A DNA stretch of 64,000 nt, taken from Nannocystales bacterium. GTDB taxonomy: Bacteria; Myxococcota_A; Polyangia; Nannocystales; Nannocystaceae. The stretch is taken from the NCBI GenBank assembly GCA_050633305.1, contig JBOEGF010000010.1:640001-704000 (forward strand), read 5' to 3'. The notes beneath the pieces were generated by a model. That model saw only the letters and a list, made by a program, of their open reading frames with translations, did not search any database and was not told the DNA's origin. The position numbers and the translations under genes were made by a program. Below, in pieces: positions 28,236 to 38,772 of the stretch. Every line of letters begins with the position of its first letter. Positions within the stretch are counted from its first letter, which is position 1.

Positions 28236-29882
28236 GTGATGCCAGGGGAAATGGGAGACGCGCCCGCGCACGAGGCGGCGCACGGCCAGTACAGCGTTAT
28301 CGCGAAGCTGGGCCAAGGAGGAATGGCGAGCGTGTTCCTCGCCGTGGCCCAGGGTGCTGTGGTGGACTTCCACAAGCTGGTCGTGCTCAAGCGGTTGCAT
28401 GACTCGCTCCGCGAAGACGCCGGCTTCGTCACGATGTTCATGAGCGAGGCGAGGATCGCAGCGCGCCTCAACCACCCGAACGTTGTTCATACGTACTCCG
28501 TCGATATTCAAGACGGGCAGCCGGTCTTGGTGATGGAGTACCTCGATGGGGTCGCCCTATCCGCCCTACGAAAGCGGGTGGCCGGACGGCCGTTTGAGGA
28601 GCGGCTGGTCTTGATCGCCTCGATCGCCGACGCGCTGGCGGGTCTGCACTACGTGCACGAGCTGACCGACTACGATGGCTCGTCGATGGGCCTGGTCCAT
28701 CGCGACATCAAGCCGGCCAACATCTTCGTCACATTCGATGGCCAGACCAAGGTGCTCGACTTCGGCGTCGCGAAGGCAACCGCTCCGGGCCAAGACGCCA
28801 CGAACAGCCAAGTGCTCAAGGGGACGGCCCGCTACATGGCTCCCGAGGCGGTCGGCGGCGGGGACATCGACGGGAGAGCCGATGTGTTCTCGGTGGGGGT
28901 CATCTTGTGGGAGCTCGCCACCGGGCGTCCGTTGTGGGAGGGAGCCCAGGAGCTGCAGATCATTCGGCGTCTGATGGACAACGACGTCCCGACGCTCGAT
29001 GCGGAGGGGTGTGACGCGCCCGCTGAGCTGTCTCGGATCTGCGCCAAAGCGCTGCAGCTCGATCCCGAGAACCGGTATGAGACCGCGGATGCGCTCCGCA
29101 AGGACCTGGCGGCGTTCGTCGGGGACCAAGGGCTCACCGATGTGGCGGCTGGCTTGCGCGCGACGATGTCGGCGGAGTTCGGCGATCGTCGCGAACTCCG
29201 AGCGACCTCGATTCGGGAGCGCCTCGAGGGCCTGAAGCAGTCGTCGGTTGCCGGAACCGACGACATGCGGACGCTTCCCTCGGCTGCTCCATCGCAGCCT
29301 TCGGGCGCTTCGGATGTTGGCGCTGGCATTGCGGTTACAGCGTCGACCGACGCGGTGGAACCACCTCCACGTTCGGCGAGGCCGTTTCTGCTGGTCGCCG
29401 CGGTCTCGCTTTGCGTCGGTGCGTTGGGGGTGTGGTGGTGGTCCTCATCGAAGGGCAGCGGCAGCGCTCCCGCCACAGAGTCCGCCGGCGCAGCGGCGGC
29501 GTCGCAAACCGAGAGTCCGCCAAAGAAGGCCCGCGCGGGCGAAGACACAGCCGGAAAACCGCAACCGACCGCACGAAGAGAGCCAGGGCCAAGTGTGGAG
29601 CCCGACGTCGAGGTCGAGCCGGAAGTCGAAGTGGAACCGGAGGTCGAGGTTGCGGCAGATGCGGCGGAGCCCGACGAACCGCGCACCCCTCGGCGGCGCG
29701 GTAAGTCCCGGTCTCGCCGCGCGGCGCGGCCCGCCTCTAAGGACAAGCCCGACGCTGCCGTGAGTCCACCGCCCGAGCCGAGCCCCCAGCCCATGCAACC
29801 AGGCGAGATGCCCAAAAAGAAGGACAAGAAGAAGTCTGGTCTGTCGCTCGACAAGGACTCTCCATGGGGAGGCCAACCGTGA
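28236..29882 (+). CDS. Membrane Ser/Thr protein kinase with low-complexity extracytoplasmic tail
   Basis: GQGGMA, VLK, HRDIKPAN, DFG, GTARYMAPE; TM 'FLLVAAVSLCVGALGVWWW'; start uncertain (28236/28239/28251). Confidence 0.9.
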   Translation: MMPGEMGDAPAHEAAHGQYSVIAKLGQGGMASVFLAVAQGAVVDFHKLVVLKRLHDSLREDAGFVTMFMSEARIAARLNHPNVVHTYSVDIQDGQPVLVMEYLDGVALSALRKRVAGRPFEERLVLIASIADALAGLHYVHELTDYDGSSMGLVHRDIKPANIFVTFDGQTKVLDFGVAKATAPGQDATNSQVLKGTARYMAPEAVGGGDIDGRADVFSVGVILWELATGRPLWEGAQELQIIRRLMDNDVPTLDAEGCDAPAELSRICAKALQLDPENRYETADALRKDLAAFVGDQGLTDVAAGLRATMSAEFGDRRELRATSIRERLEGLKQSSVAGTDDMRTLPSAAPSQPSGASDVGAGIAVTASTDAVEPPPRSARPFLLVAAVSLCVGALGVWWWSSSKGSGSAPATESAGAAAASQTESPPKKARAGEDTAGKPQPTARREPGPSVEPDVEVEPEVEVEPEVEVAADAAEPDEPRTPRRRGKSRSRRAARPASKDKPDAAVSPPPEPSPQPMQPGEMPKKKDKKKSGLSLDKDSPWGGQP

Positions 29883-30853
29883 GCCGGAATGCACCGACGG
29901 CGGTCGCGATGGCGGTCGTACTCTTGTTCGCATCGGGAGCAAACGCGGCTCCGGCCGAAGAAGCCGACGCTACGGAACAAAAAGCCGCAGACCACTTCCG
30001 ACGGGGCGTGGGGCTGTATGAAGAGGAGGACTACGCCGCGGCCGCGTTTGAGTTCGAGCGCGCCTACGAAGTCCGGCCCGACTATCGTCTGCTCTACAAC
30101 ATCGGCGTGAACGCGCTCGAGCTCAAGGACTACGCGTCCGCGAGGGCGGCCCTGAGCCGCTATCTGGAAGAAGGCGGGGCCGATGTGGAAGCGGCTCGCA
30201 AAGCCCAGGTTGAGCAGCAGCTTCAAACGCTGGCGATGCGGGTGGGCTCGGTGACCGTCACCAGCAGTCGGCCGGGGCTGTCGATCTGGGTCGACGGGAC
30301 CAACGTCGGGGAGACACCACTCTCGGAGCCTTTGGTGCTCAACCTTGGTCTGCGGCACCTCGTTGCACGGGACGGCGGCTCGGAGGTCTGGGCGGAAGAC
30401 ATCGAGGTCCTCGGTGGCTCGGCGACAGAGCTCGAGGTGGTGTTCGAGGCTACGGCGAGCGAAGTTCCGCCCGCCGTCGTGCCGCTCGATACACCGCCGC
30501 CAACGGGGCCCTCTCGTAAGGTGAAGTCGCTTCGAACGGCAACGTTTGTAAGCCTGGGCGTGACCGCCGCAGCGGGGATTGGCTTGGCGATCGCAGGCGG
30601 GCTCACGCTCCAGGCGGACGGGGAGCTGGAGTCCGAGCTCGAGCGATTTCCCGCCAATGATGGGGACCTGTCCGCGGCCCAGGATCGCCGGGGCACGCTC
30701 GTCACGACCTCCAACGTGATGTTGGGGGTTACCGCGGCCTTCGCAGCCGTGACGCTTGGCCTCGGAGTCGGCACGGCCGTGGCCAAGCGGCGGGAGGCCG
30801 GCGGCGGATCGTCGGTAAGTCTGCGACGCGGTGGATTCGTGGTCCGTTTCTAA
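29879..30853 (+). CDS. Secreted TPR + PEGA domain protein with C-terminal hydrophobic hairpin
   Basis: Signal peptide; 'HFRRGVGLY..FERAY..LYNIG' TPR; 'IWVDGTNVGETPL..G.RHLV' PEGA; GTGA overlap with kinase. Confidence 0.85.
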   Translation: MSRNAPTAVAMAVVLLFASGANAAPAEEADATEQKAADHFRRGVGLYEEEDYAAAAFEFERAYEVRPDYRLLYNIGVNALELKDYASARAALSRYLEEGGADVEAARKAQVEQQLQTLAMRVGSVTVTSSRPGLSIWVDGTNVGETPLSEPLVLNLGLRHLVARDGGSEVWAEDIEVLGGSATELEVVFEATASEVPPAVVPLDTPPPTGPSRKVKSLRTATFVSLGVTAAAGIGLAIAGGLTLQADGELESELERFPANDGDLSAAQDRRGTLVTTSNVMLGVTAAFAAVTLGLGVGTAVAKRREAGGGSSVSLRRGGFVVRF

Positions 30854-30866
30854 GGGGAGCTTGAAG

Positions 30867-31862
30867 ATGAAGAGTGCATCTCGTTGCGGAACGATCTTGG
30901 CTGGCTTGTTGGTTTGGGGGACGCTGTCGGGATGTGGCCTGCTCCTGAGCGCCGACGATGAACAGTGCAACAGCGACGCGGACTGTGCCGCGCGTGGGTT
31001 CGATGGCGCCGTCTGTGAGTCGCAGGTTTGCGTTGCAGGCTCGCAGGAGAACCCGACGGGCTCGACCAGTGCCCTGACCTCCAGCTCTGGCTCCACAGCG
31101 GACCCTTCTGCCACGAGCAGCACTGGCGGCGAGGGGACAGCCGGGACCAGCTCCACGGGGACTGTCGACGATGGGCCGTGGGGTTGTGTGGGCAACGTGG
31201 TGTGGGACGAAGAAGACGAGGCCGTGCCTGCGCGCCTGGGTCTGCACTTCACCGACTCGCAGTTCCAAGACTTCGAAGGAGCGAGCCTCAACGCCTGCCG
31301 GCCTCTGGACCTCGACTGCGAGGAGCCGCTGTCGACCGCGGTGTCTGGCGCCGATGGGGTCGCGTTCATCGACGTCTACTACGGGTTTGATGGGTACTTC
31401 CGAGCTCCGCCTCCGGCCGAAACCCCCGACGTTTTTCCGTTCATCCTCTACTCCAGCCCGCCGCCGTTCTCACTCGAGGAGGAGTCGCGGGGCGGAGATG
31501 TGTTGTTCATCGACCCCGCTACGATTGGCGCACTCGCGGCGCTTTCTGGCGTGGAGCTTGTCCCCGACTCGGGGCTGATCTTCTTCACCGCCTTCGACTG
31601 CGATGACGAACTTGCCGCCGACGTTACCGTTTCGGTCAGTCCTGTTGGCACCGACACTGTCGTCGCGTACCTCGACGGAGCATTCCCCAACGCCGACCTG
31701 ACCGCGACTGTGGATGTCGGCCAGGGGGCGGTTCTCAACGTCCCACCCGGTTTGGTGGAGGTGACGGGAACCTCGCTCGAGCGTGGGCGTTTCTTCCAGA
31801 GCACGGTGCTCGTCGAGGCCAACTCGGTGACGGGCCTCGCGATCGTCCCGATGCCTCTGTAG
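30867..31862 (+). CDS. Cys-rich lipoprotein with S/T linker and carboxypeptidase-regulatory-like beta-sandwich
   Basis: GGGGAG RBS; lipobox LSGC; 'CNSDADC..C..C'; 'GAVLNVPPG.VEV'. Confidence 0.7.
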   Translation: MKSASRCGTILAGLLVWGTLSGCGLLLSADDEQCNSDADCAARGFDGAVCESQVCVAGSQENPTGSTSALTSSSGSTADPSATSSTGGEGTAGTSSTGTVDDGPWGCVGNVVWDEEDEAVPARLGLHFTDSQFQDFEGASLNACRPLDLDCEEPLSTAVSGADGVAFIDVYYGFDGYFRAPPPAETPDVFPFILYSSPPPFSLEEESRGGDVLFIDPATIGALAALSGVELVPDSGLIFFTAFDCDDELAADVTVSVSPVGTDTVVAYLDGAFPNADLTATVDVGQGAVLNVPPGLVEVTGTSLERGRFFQSTVLVEANSVTGLAIVPMPL

Positions 31863-32055
31863 GCGCCAAACCGCGCCATTGAGGAGGGGCCGGACGTCTT
31901 CGCGCGTCGCCTCGGGACGGTGTTGGTCCGCCGTTGGACTTGCACGGGCATGGAACCGTGCAGGGCGGGACTGCGTCGGCTTCGTAGGGGGGATGGAACA
32001 ACGGTCAACAGCGAGTGATCGACCAACGCGCAGGGCTCGGTTATCGTCCGCCGCG

Positions 32056-32910
32056 ATGGACCTCTCTGCGATCGAAGGCCTCCACCCGACGTACGACTCC
32101 GAGCGTCAGCTGCTGACCCTCGAACTCGACCACGGCAAGGCGAACGAGATGGGCACGGTCCAGCTCGAGGCCTTCGAAGCGTTGTGCGTTCTGCTCGAGG
32201 AAGACGACTCGATTCGGACCCTGTGCACCACGTCGCGTCGGCTGAGCAAGAAGGGTCGACCGATCTTCATTGCAGGTGCCAACGTCACCGAGCGCACCGA
32301 CTGGGATCCGGAGCGCGTCCGGGCACATGTCCTGCGGCAGCGAGCCTTGATGGTGCGGCTGCGGCATCTGCCCGTCTTCAATGTTGTCGTGCCCTCGGGC
32401 GTGACGCTGGGTTGGGGTGCCGAGTACCTGCTGACCGCGGACTACACGGTGTCGACGGCAGCAGCGTCCTTCGCCCTCCCCGAAACAGGCCTGGGCATCC
32501 TTCCAGGGGCGCGGGGGACGGCCGAGTTGGCGATGTTGGTGGGACCTGCGCATGCCGTTCGACTCGGTGTGACCGGGGAGTCGATCGATGCTGCAGAGGC
32601 CGCCCGGATTGGACTCGTGCAGGAGGTCGTGGCCGACGTGGATGAAGGGCTTGCCCGAGCTCGCGCGCTGGCAGCGCTCGTTTCGAAGAAATCCCCGACG
32701 GCGACGGCCGCGTACAAGACAGCGATGCTCGCCGGATTGGGACAACCCGAATCTGTCCGTCTAGAGGCCGAGCGGCAGGCGTACGAGCTGACTGTGAAGG
32801 TTGGGGACGCGGCGACGGGGCGGGCTCACTTCAGCGCAATTCGAGAAGGCAAGGTCCCACCGTGGGCCGGTCGGGCTTCCTGGCGGTTCAAAAAGGACGG
32901 CGAAGGGTAG
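32056..32910 (+). CDS. Enoyl-CoA hydratase/isomerase family protein
   Basis: 'FIAGANV', 'LGWGAEY', 'FALPETGLGILPGARG', 'EAARIGLV'. Confidence 0.9.
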   Translation: MDLSAIEGLHPTYDSERQLLTLELDHGKANEMGTVQLEAFEALCVLLEEDDSIRTLCTTSRRLSKKGRPIFIAGANVTERTDWDPERVRAHVLRQRALMVRLRHLPVFNVVVPSGVTLGWGAEYLLTADYTVSTAAASFALPETGLGILPGARGTAELAMLVGPAHAVRLGVTGESIDAAEAARIGLVQEVVADVDEGLARARALAALVSKKSPTATAAYKTAMLAGLGQPESVRLEAERQAYELTVKVGDAATGRAHFSAIREGKVPPWAGRASWRFKKDGEG

Positions 32911-32973
32911 GCTGCTTCGTTACCATGAACCCGATGTACACACGGTCAGGTCGATACGTGCGATGAAATCGGG

Positions 32974-33001
32974 TTGATTCGGCTTACACAAATTCTAGGA
33001 T
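32974..33001 (+). promoter_or_regulatory. Putative sigma70 promoter TTGATT-N16-TAGGAT
   Basis: Lies in an AT-enriched intergenic region upstream of the 33084 kinase. Confidence 0.4.
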
Positions 33002-33083
33002 GTATTCAGCTCACACCCCTTCGGGTTGTCCGGCTCCAGTGTTCTGCACTACAGTCCCTCGAAACTAAGACCCCTACAGCGCT

Positions 33084-36000
33084 ATGACCGCAAAACGCTC
33101 AACTGTGCCGGATTCCGGCGCTTCTCCCGATGTGGTGGCTCAGCCCGACCGCATCGCGGGGCGTTACGCGGTGAAGCGACTGCTGGGTCGCGGAGGCTTC
33201 GGTGCGGTTTATGAGGCGCACGACGAACTTGAAGATCGCGCGGTCGCGCTGAAGTTGATCCGCAGCGATCACGCGGAGCTGGCGGGGTTGCCGCTGGCGG
33301 ACAACTCGCGAATGGAGTCGCGGTCGCTTCGCCGTCCCAATGTGACACGGAGCTTCGGAACGCCTGGAACCGGCGGCGGCTCGGGTCTTGCCCAAGCATT
33401 CAAGGATGAGTTCCGGCTTCTGACGCAGCTCCATCATCCCAACCTCGCCGGCGTCTACGACTTTGGACGCTGCGCGGAGCAGGAGGGTTTCTACTTCACG
33501 CAAGAACTCGTCCGTGGTGTCGAACTCTCGGAGTTTCTCGCCCACGCGTCCCGAGAGGTCACGGCCGAGGTCTTCGTCCAGCTGGCCCGCGCGCTCGACT
33601 ACATTCACGCCCTCGGGCTGGTCCACGGCGACATCAAGCCATCCAACGTATTGGTCTGCGCTTCGCTCGACCCGACGGTGCCCCCGCAGGCCAAGCTCAT
33701 CGACTTCGGCCTCGCTCGGATGCTTCGAGATCCGTTACCGGCCGAGGAAACCGACGACGAGACCGCCGAGAGCGACGAGGACACGATCACCGTGCTGGGC
33801 ACACCGGGGTTCTCAGCCCCCGAAAAGGTCCGGGGCGAATCGGCCGATTCTCGCGCAGACATCTACTCGCTTGCGGCCACGATGTACTCGGCCATTCGCG
33901 GTTCACGACCGTTCCCGGGCAAGACGTTCCGTGAGGTCCTTCGTGTTCAACGCGATTGGCGACCGGAGTTGGCCGGCGCGCTGCTGCAGTCGGCCGGTCC
34001 CGTCGTCGCGGAGCTGGTCGGGCGCATGCTCCAGCCGGACCCGACGAACCGCCCTCAGAGCGCGCGTTCCATCCTGCTTGAGTTGCTGCGGCGCGAGGCA
34101 TCCCACCTTCGCAACCGACAGCAGAGTGAGGAGAGCCGCCGCGACTTCGCCCGGGTGCTCGTCTCGCACCTTCCTTTTGTGGATCGGGCCCGCTACCTCG
34201 ACCTGCTCATGGAAAAGGCCGCCGCTGTGGTCGGTGCCGAGCCCGAGCCCGAGTCGCTCGATCCTGCCGCTTCGTCGTCGAGTGAGCGCATGCGCGCCGG
34301 TCGGCTGCTTCGCACGGTCGTCGTCAAGGCTCCCGAGGGGATGGGCAAGGCGCGGCTCATGGCAGAGCTCCGTCGTGAGGTTCAGTTGGCCGATGGCCTC
34401 TTCGTCGAGGGCAGCTGTTGGAACTCGGGTCGCAATGCGCTCGGGCCGTTTGCCAGCGTCGTGGCTCAGCTTGCCACTGCGTTGGGCGACGACAGTCTCG
34501 TGGTCCGCTCATTCCCCGAGCTGGTGCACCTGGCGCGGCGAGACCGTGGCCACGAAGCCGCGGCCGCAGCGGTCACCGAATTCTTGATCTCTGCCGCCAA
34601 GGAGCGGCCCTACGTCTTGCTGCTGACGGCCGTCTCGAAGGCACCGGAGGACATCCGGCGTCAGTTCGATCAGCTCAGCCGGGCGATCGACCACTCGGCC
34701 GCGCCCATCTTGCTCTGCGTGACGACCGAGCCGCACACCAAGGTGACGCCGATTGTCAGCGGCCTCAGCCGCGACCAGTGCTCCGAGGTTTGGAACCTCC
34801 GTCCGTTCAGCGCGCGCGAGATGCAGAGCGTGCTGCAAGGTGTGCTCGGCGACACGCCCGTCATTCGGGACCTCGCCGACATGCTCGACAAGCTCACCGG
34901 GGGTCACCCGCTGAGCTTTCGCGAAACCCTCCGGGTTCTGATCGAGGAAGGGATCCTCGTCCGGGACACCGACAGTTGGACCTTGCGCGGCGCATCCGCG
35001 GCCGCCGACGAGCTGCACAAGACGCTGGCGCAGCGCTCCGAGTCCCGGCTGGATACGCTTGGAGTCTCGGGCTGGGAGATCGCGAGCATCTTGTATCTGC
35101 TCGAGACGCCGATCGAGGAATCGACGCTGGCAGAGCTCTCCGATCTCCGCAAAGAACGCTTCAACCGCACGCTCGAGCGGCTCGAGGGGGAGGGGCTCAT
35201 CGCTCGCAGTCCGGTCTCGGGCTCGAGCACCGTCAGCCTCGCTCACGAGTCGGTTCGTGAGGCGGTTCGGCTCCGCTACGAAGGCTCGCTCGACGAGACG
35301 CGCTTGGACCTGGCTGCGCGCATCGAGGAATTCGAGGTCGGCGATCCCATGCTGGTTTTCCTGCGCGCACGGCTGCTCGACGATGCGTCCGAGGCGATCG
35401 AGTCCGTCGATGCCTTGGAGAAAGCGGCCGACTCGCTGTTTGTTGCCAAGCGCCCCCAGCTGGCGGCGCAGGTGCTCGAGCGCATCATCGCTCGACTTCG
35501 TAAGTACGGTCGGACTGCGTCGCTCGATCGTTTGCTTGCGGCACAAGTGAAGCTGCTGGAGAGCGCTGCTGGGGCCCTCGAGGATCCGGGCAGAGAGGCA
35601 GCCCACTACGAAGCGGGAATCCTCGTCGCCGAGTTGCTCGGAGACGACCGCGCGCAGGCTTCGTTCTGGCTCGGACTCGCGGATCGGTACACGCAGACCG
35701 GGAACGCGGAAATGGATCTGACGCTCGAGCGGCTGGGCAAGGCCACCCAGGCTGCCAAGTCCGCACACGATCGACCTTTGGAGCTCCGTATCGCCAACCG
35801 CAAGGCTGAGGTCTTGTTGGGCGCCGGTGAGATCGACAAGGCCAGTCGGGCCAGCCGTCTCGCGATGGAGATCGTCGATCTCGAGGAAGCGAGTCCCGTG
35901 GACAAGTGCCAGGTCCTCGGCGTTCGGCTCCGATGCTTGTCGCTCTCAGGACAGCTCGGCGAAGCCCGAGCGCTGCACGAGATGGCGAAACCCATAGCCG

Positions 36001-36635
36001 CGGCATGCCCCGTGCTCCAACGTCAGAGCTACCTCTCTGGCATTGCGTTCCTCGCCGTGCTTGGCGGCGACCCTCAGCGCGCAATCCCGGAGACCGAGGA
36101 CGCCATCGGGGCGCTGCATGCCGCCAACCTTCCGCGCCTGCTGCTCACGCCGATGCACAACCTCGGTGACCTGCGGCTACGGGCCGGAGATCTCGAACTT
36201 GCCGAGGTGTCCTTCCGCGAAGCCATCCGGTTGGCCAGCGTGTACGGGTTCGACTACCACCTGCATCTCAACCGCGGATTCTTGGGCTACGTCTTGGCTC
36301 GGCGGGGTGATGCAGATCAAGGTGCTGAGTTGCTCGGGGAAGCGAAGGACGCAATGACCGTCATCGTGGGCGAGCACATCGCGCTCCAACAACTCCGCCT
36401 GCTCGATGCCGAGGTTGCCCACGTGATGGGGGACAGTGCGCGTGCTCGTCGCGAGCTCGAGGAGATGCTCGCGGACTTCCAGGCCGGAGAAGAGCTCAGC
36501 TTGGCGCATTGGGCCCAAGAGGCCCTCGCTCGCATTGAACGTGACCTCGGTACGGCGTTCATCGAAGCGCCGGCCGCGGAGGTCGACGACTCGGATCCCG
36601 AGCAAGACACCGTGCGGACGAAACCCGTTCGGTGA
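33084..36635 (+). CDS. Cytoplasmic Ser/Thr kinase fused to a degenerate AAA/STAND-type ATPase and TPR-like helical domain
   Basis: GRGGFG, VALK, HGDIKPSN, DFG, GTPGFSAPE; P-loop-like 'APEGMGKAR'; 'TGGHPL'; C-terminal NLG/NRG helical repeats. Confidence 0.85.
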   Translation: MTAKRSTVPDSGASPDVVAQPDRIAGRYAVKRLLGRGGFGAVYEAHDELEDRAVALKLIRSDHAELAGLPLADNSRMESRSLRRPNVTRSFGTPGTGGGSGLAQAFKDEFRLLTQLHHPNLAGVYDFGRCAEQEGFYFTQELVRGVELSEFLAHASREVTAEVFVQLARALDYIHALGLVHGDIKPSNVLVCASLDPTVPPQAKLIDFGLARMLRDPLPAEETDDETAESDEDTITVLGTPGFSAPEKVRGESADSRADIYSLAATMYSAIRGSRPFPGKTFREVLRVQRDWRPELAGALLQSAGPVVAELVGRMLQPDPTNRPQSARSILLELLRREASHLRNRQQSEESRRDFARVLVSHLPFVDRARYLDLLMEKAAAVVGAEPEPESLDPAASSSSERMRAGRLLRTVVVKAPEGMGKARLMAELRREVQLADGLFVEGSCWNSGRNALGPFASVVAQLATALGDDSLVVRSFPELVHLARRDRGHEAAAAAVTEFLISAAKERPYVLLLTAVSKAPEDIRRQFDQLSRAIDHSAAPILLCVTTEPHTKVTPIVSGLSRDQCSEVWNLRPFSAREMQSVLQGVLGDTPVIRDLADMLDKLTGGHPLSFRETLRVLIEEGILVRDTDSWTLRGASAAADELHKTLAQRSESRLDTLGVSGWEIASILYLLETPIEESTLAELSDLRKERFNRTLERLEGEGLIARSPVSGSSTVSLAHESVREAVRLRYEGSLDETRLDLAARIEEFEVGDPMLVFLRARLLDDASEAIESVDALEKAADSLFVAKRPQLAAQVLERIIARLRKYGRTASLDRLLAAQVKLLESAAGALEDPGREAAHYEAGILVAELLGDDRAQASFWLGLADRYTQTGNAEMDLTLERLGKATQAAKSAHDRPLELRIANRKAEVLLGAGEIDKASRASRLAMEIVDLEEASPVDKCQVLGVRLRCLSLSGQLGEARALHEMAKPIAAACPVLQRQSYLSGIAFLAVLGGDPQRAIPETEDAIGALHAANLPRLLLTPMHNLGDLRLRAGDLELAEVSFREAIRLASVYGFDYHLHLNRGFLGYVLARRGDADQGAELLGEAKDAMTVIVGEHIALQQLRLLDAEVAHVMGDSARARRELEEMLADFQAGEELSLAHWAQEALARIERDLGTAFIEAPAAEVDDSDPEQDTVRTKPVR

Positions 36636-36750
36636 GTCGGTTCTTTGCGCTTTCTGCGCCCGTTTCGTTCCATATCTGGGCCGTGGGAATGCAACTGAGG
36701 GCACCGTCCGTCTGCGCGGCGTGCTGCTATCCTGCGGCCGCTCCTAAGCG

Positions 36751-38772
36751 ATGAGCGACCCTCTCGAGACACTGCACGAGGACCTCCGGTCCTTGGTCGG
36801 CCAGACCGTGGCCGGACGCTATCGAGTCGAGGCCCTGATCGGGGTCGGCGGCATGGCGGCGGTCTTTCGCGCGCATCACGAAGGCTTGCATCGCGACCTC
36901 GCAGTCAAGGTCCTGCATCCCAACCTCAGCGCGAACACTGAGATGTCCGCGCGCTTCGAGCGTGAGGCCCGGTCCGCATCCCGACTCGACCATCCCAACT
37001 GTGTGCAGGTCACCGACTTCGGCTCCACCGACGACGGCATGATGTACATGGTCATGCAGTTGCTTGAGGGCGCGGAGCTCACCGGCATGCTGGGTAAGCC
37101 GATCGCCGCCCCGCGGTCCGTCGAGCTGATCCTCCAGATCCTTCGGGGCCTCGAACACGCTCACGCCAACGGTGTCGTGCACCGAGACGTTAAGCCGGAG
37201 AACGTCTTCGTCACGCAGGACCACGAGGGCGACGAAGTCCTCAAGCTTGTCGACTTCGGCATCGCCAAGCTCACCGACGCGACCACCGACACCCACAAGA
37301 CATCGGCGGGTCTGGTGTTTGGGACGCCTGCATACATGTCGCCCGAGCAGGCGATGGGTGTCGAGGCCGACTCTCGCGCAGATCTCTACTCGACCGGGAT
37401 CCTGTTCTACCAGATGCTGTCCGGGCGGTTGCCGATCGACAACGACGACCCCGTTGCGCTGGTGCGCATGCAGGTCGCCGTCGATCCCGACCCGCTGCCA
37501 GCCAGCGTCCCGCCCGTCATCGCTGGCGTTGCGCAGCGGCTGCTCGAGAAGGACCGCGACCGTCGCTTCCAGACGGCGACCGAAGTGATCGAGACGCTCG
37601 AGAGCATCGAGCTCATGCTCCTCGACGAGCACGTCAGTGACGTCGAGATCACGGTGCCGGGGAGCGAGGCAAGCGCGACAGGGGTCGAGATGCTCCCCCC
37701 CGCTGTGGTCGCTCCGACTCCTCCACCCAGCGCTCGTCCGCCGATGTGGAAGTGGGCGGCCGCGGCTGGCGTGCTCGTGTTGGTGATGGGTTCGGTCGCC
37801 CTCTTTCGCGGCGACGACGACGACTCCGCCGAAGTCACCGAGACCCGCACGGCCGTCTCCGCCGACAGCCGTGGTCCGGCGAGGCCGATCGAGGACGACG
37901 GCAGGGGCCCGTCCGCTGAGGTTCTCGACGAGGTCGACATCTTGTTGTCCGCCAAGAGCCAGAAAAAAGCCCGGGAAGCCGAGGCCCTGCTCACGCCGCT
38001 GCGCGAAGAGTTCCCGAACGACGCCACGCTGCTTTGGCGGCAGGGCAGGGCGCTGGCGCTGCAGACTCGCAAGAGCGCGAGGGCGCTGGAAGTCTACGGC
38101 GAAGCGGTTGAGGCCGACCCTGAACTGCTCGAGGACCGGCTCTTCTATGCTCAGCTCCACGACCTTCTGCGCAACGGGAAGATCCGTACCCAAGCGATCG
38201 CGTTCTCGCTGAAACACCACGGGGACTACGGCGACAACTTCTTGCTCGAGACCGTCAACGACGAGAAGGACCCGATCCAGTACGACGCGCGCCACGAGGT
38301 GCTCGACAACCTCACCGAGAATCCCGACAACGTGTCGTTGATCAACGAACGCCTCAACCGGGCGCTCGACGTGATGCAGGCGGCGGACGCGAGCGCTCCA
38401 TGCAAGTCCTACGCAGCGGCGTTGGACTCGGTGATGGAGGCTCCCGAGTATTACTTCTACAACCGGGTCGAGAAAGCCCGAGTTCCCGAAGCGCCAGCCG
38501 AGGTCGATCCGGGCAGCAAGGACGACCTCGAGCTTTGCGGACGCCTTCCCGCGCGGCGTGATGAGGTGCTCGCGGAGCTTGCGACGCACCACCCCGACGC
38601 GGGGGAGACCGACGGAGAGATCGAGATCTTGGATGACAGCCAGGAGGCGCCTCCGCCGGCGCCGGACCCTGCCTCGAAGCCCAAGGCGAAGAAGAAAAAG
38701 AAGAAGAGCAGCCCTGGCCCGGACTGCAATCGGTTCGGCGCCGCGCTCACCAAGAAGTGTCGCAACAAGTGA
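36751..38772 (+). CDS. Membrane Ser/Thr protein kinase with extracytoplasmic TPR-like domain
   Basis: GVGGMA, LAVK, HRDVKPEN, DFG, GTPAYMSPE; TM 'WAAAAGVLVLVMGSVALF'. Confidence 0.9.
   Translation: MSDPLETLHEDLRSLVGQTVAGRYRVEALIGVGGMAAVFRAHHEGLHRDLAVKVLHPNLSANTEMSARFEREARSASRLDHPNCVQVTDFGSTDDGMMYMVMQLLEGAELTGMLGKPIAAPRSVELILQILRGLEHAHANGVVHRDVKPENVFVTQDHEGDEVLKLVDFGIAKLTDATTDTHKTSAGLVFGTPAYMSPEQAMGVEADSRADLYSTGILFYQMLSGRLPIDNDDPVALVRMQVAVDPDPLPASVPPVIAGVAQRLLEKDRDRRFQTATEVIETLESIELMLLDEHVSDVEITVPGSEASATGVEMLPPAVVAPTPPPSARPPMWKWAAAAGVLVLVMGSVALFRGDDDDSAEVTETRTAVSADSRGPARPIEDDGRGPSAEVLDEVDILLSAKSQKKAREAEALLTPLREEFPNDATLLWRQGRALALQTRKSARALEVYGEAVEADPELLEDRLFYAQLHDLLRNGKIRTQAIAFSLKHHGDYGDNFLLETVNDEKDPIQYDARHEVLDNLTENPDNVSLINERLNRALDVMQAADASAPCKSYAAALDSVMEAPEYYFYNRVEKARVPEAPAEVDPGSKDDLELCGRLPARRDEVLAELATHHPDAGETDGEIEILDDSQEAPPPAPDPASKPKAKKKKKKSSPGPDCNRFGAALTKKCRNK

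Noticed and set aside
28832..31369. 845-aa minus-strand ORF
   Set aside because: Spans three well-supported plus-strand genes in antisense; low-complexity Ser/Arg/Ala translation.
32911..33083. AT-enriched intergenic region as a possible ncRNA or riboswitch
   Set aside because: No recognisable riboswitch or tRNA consensus; explained by a promoter. An Rfam/Infernal scan would be decisive.
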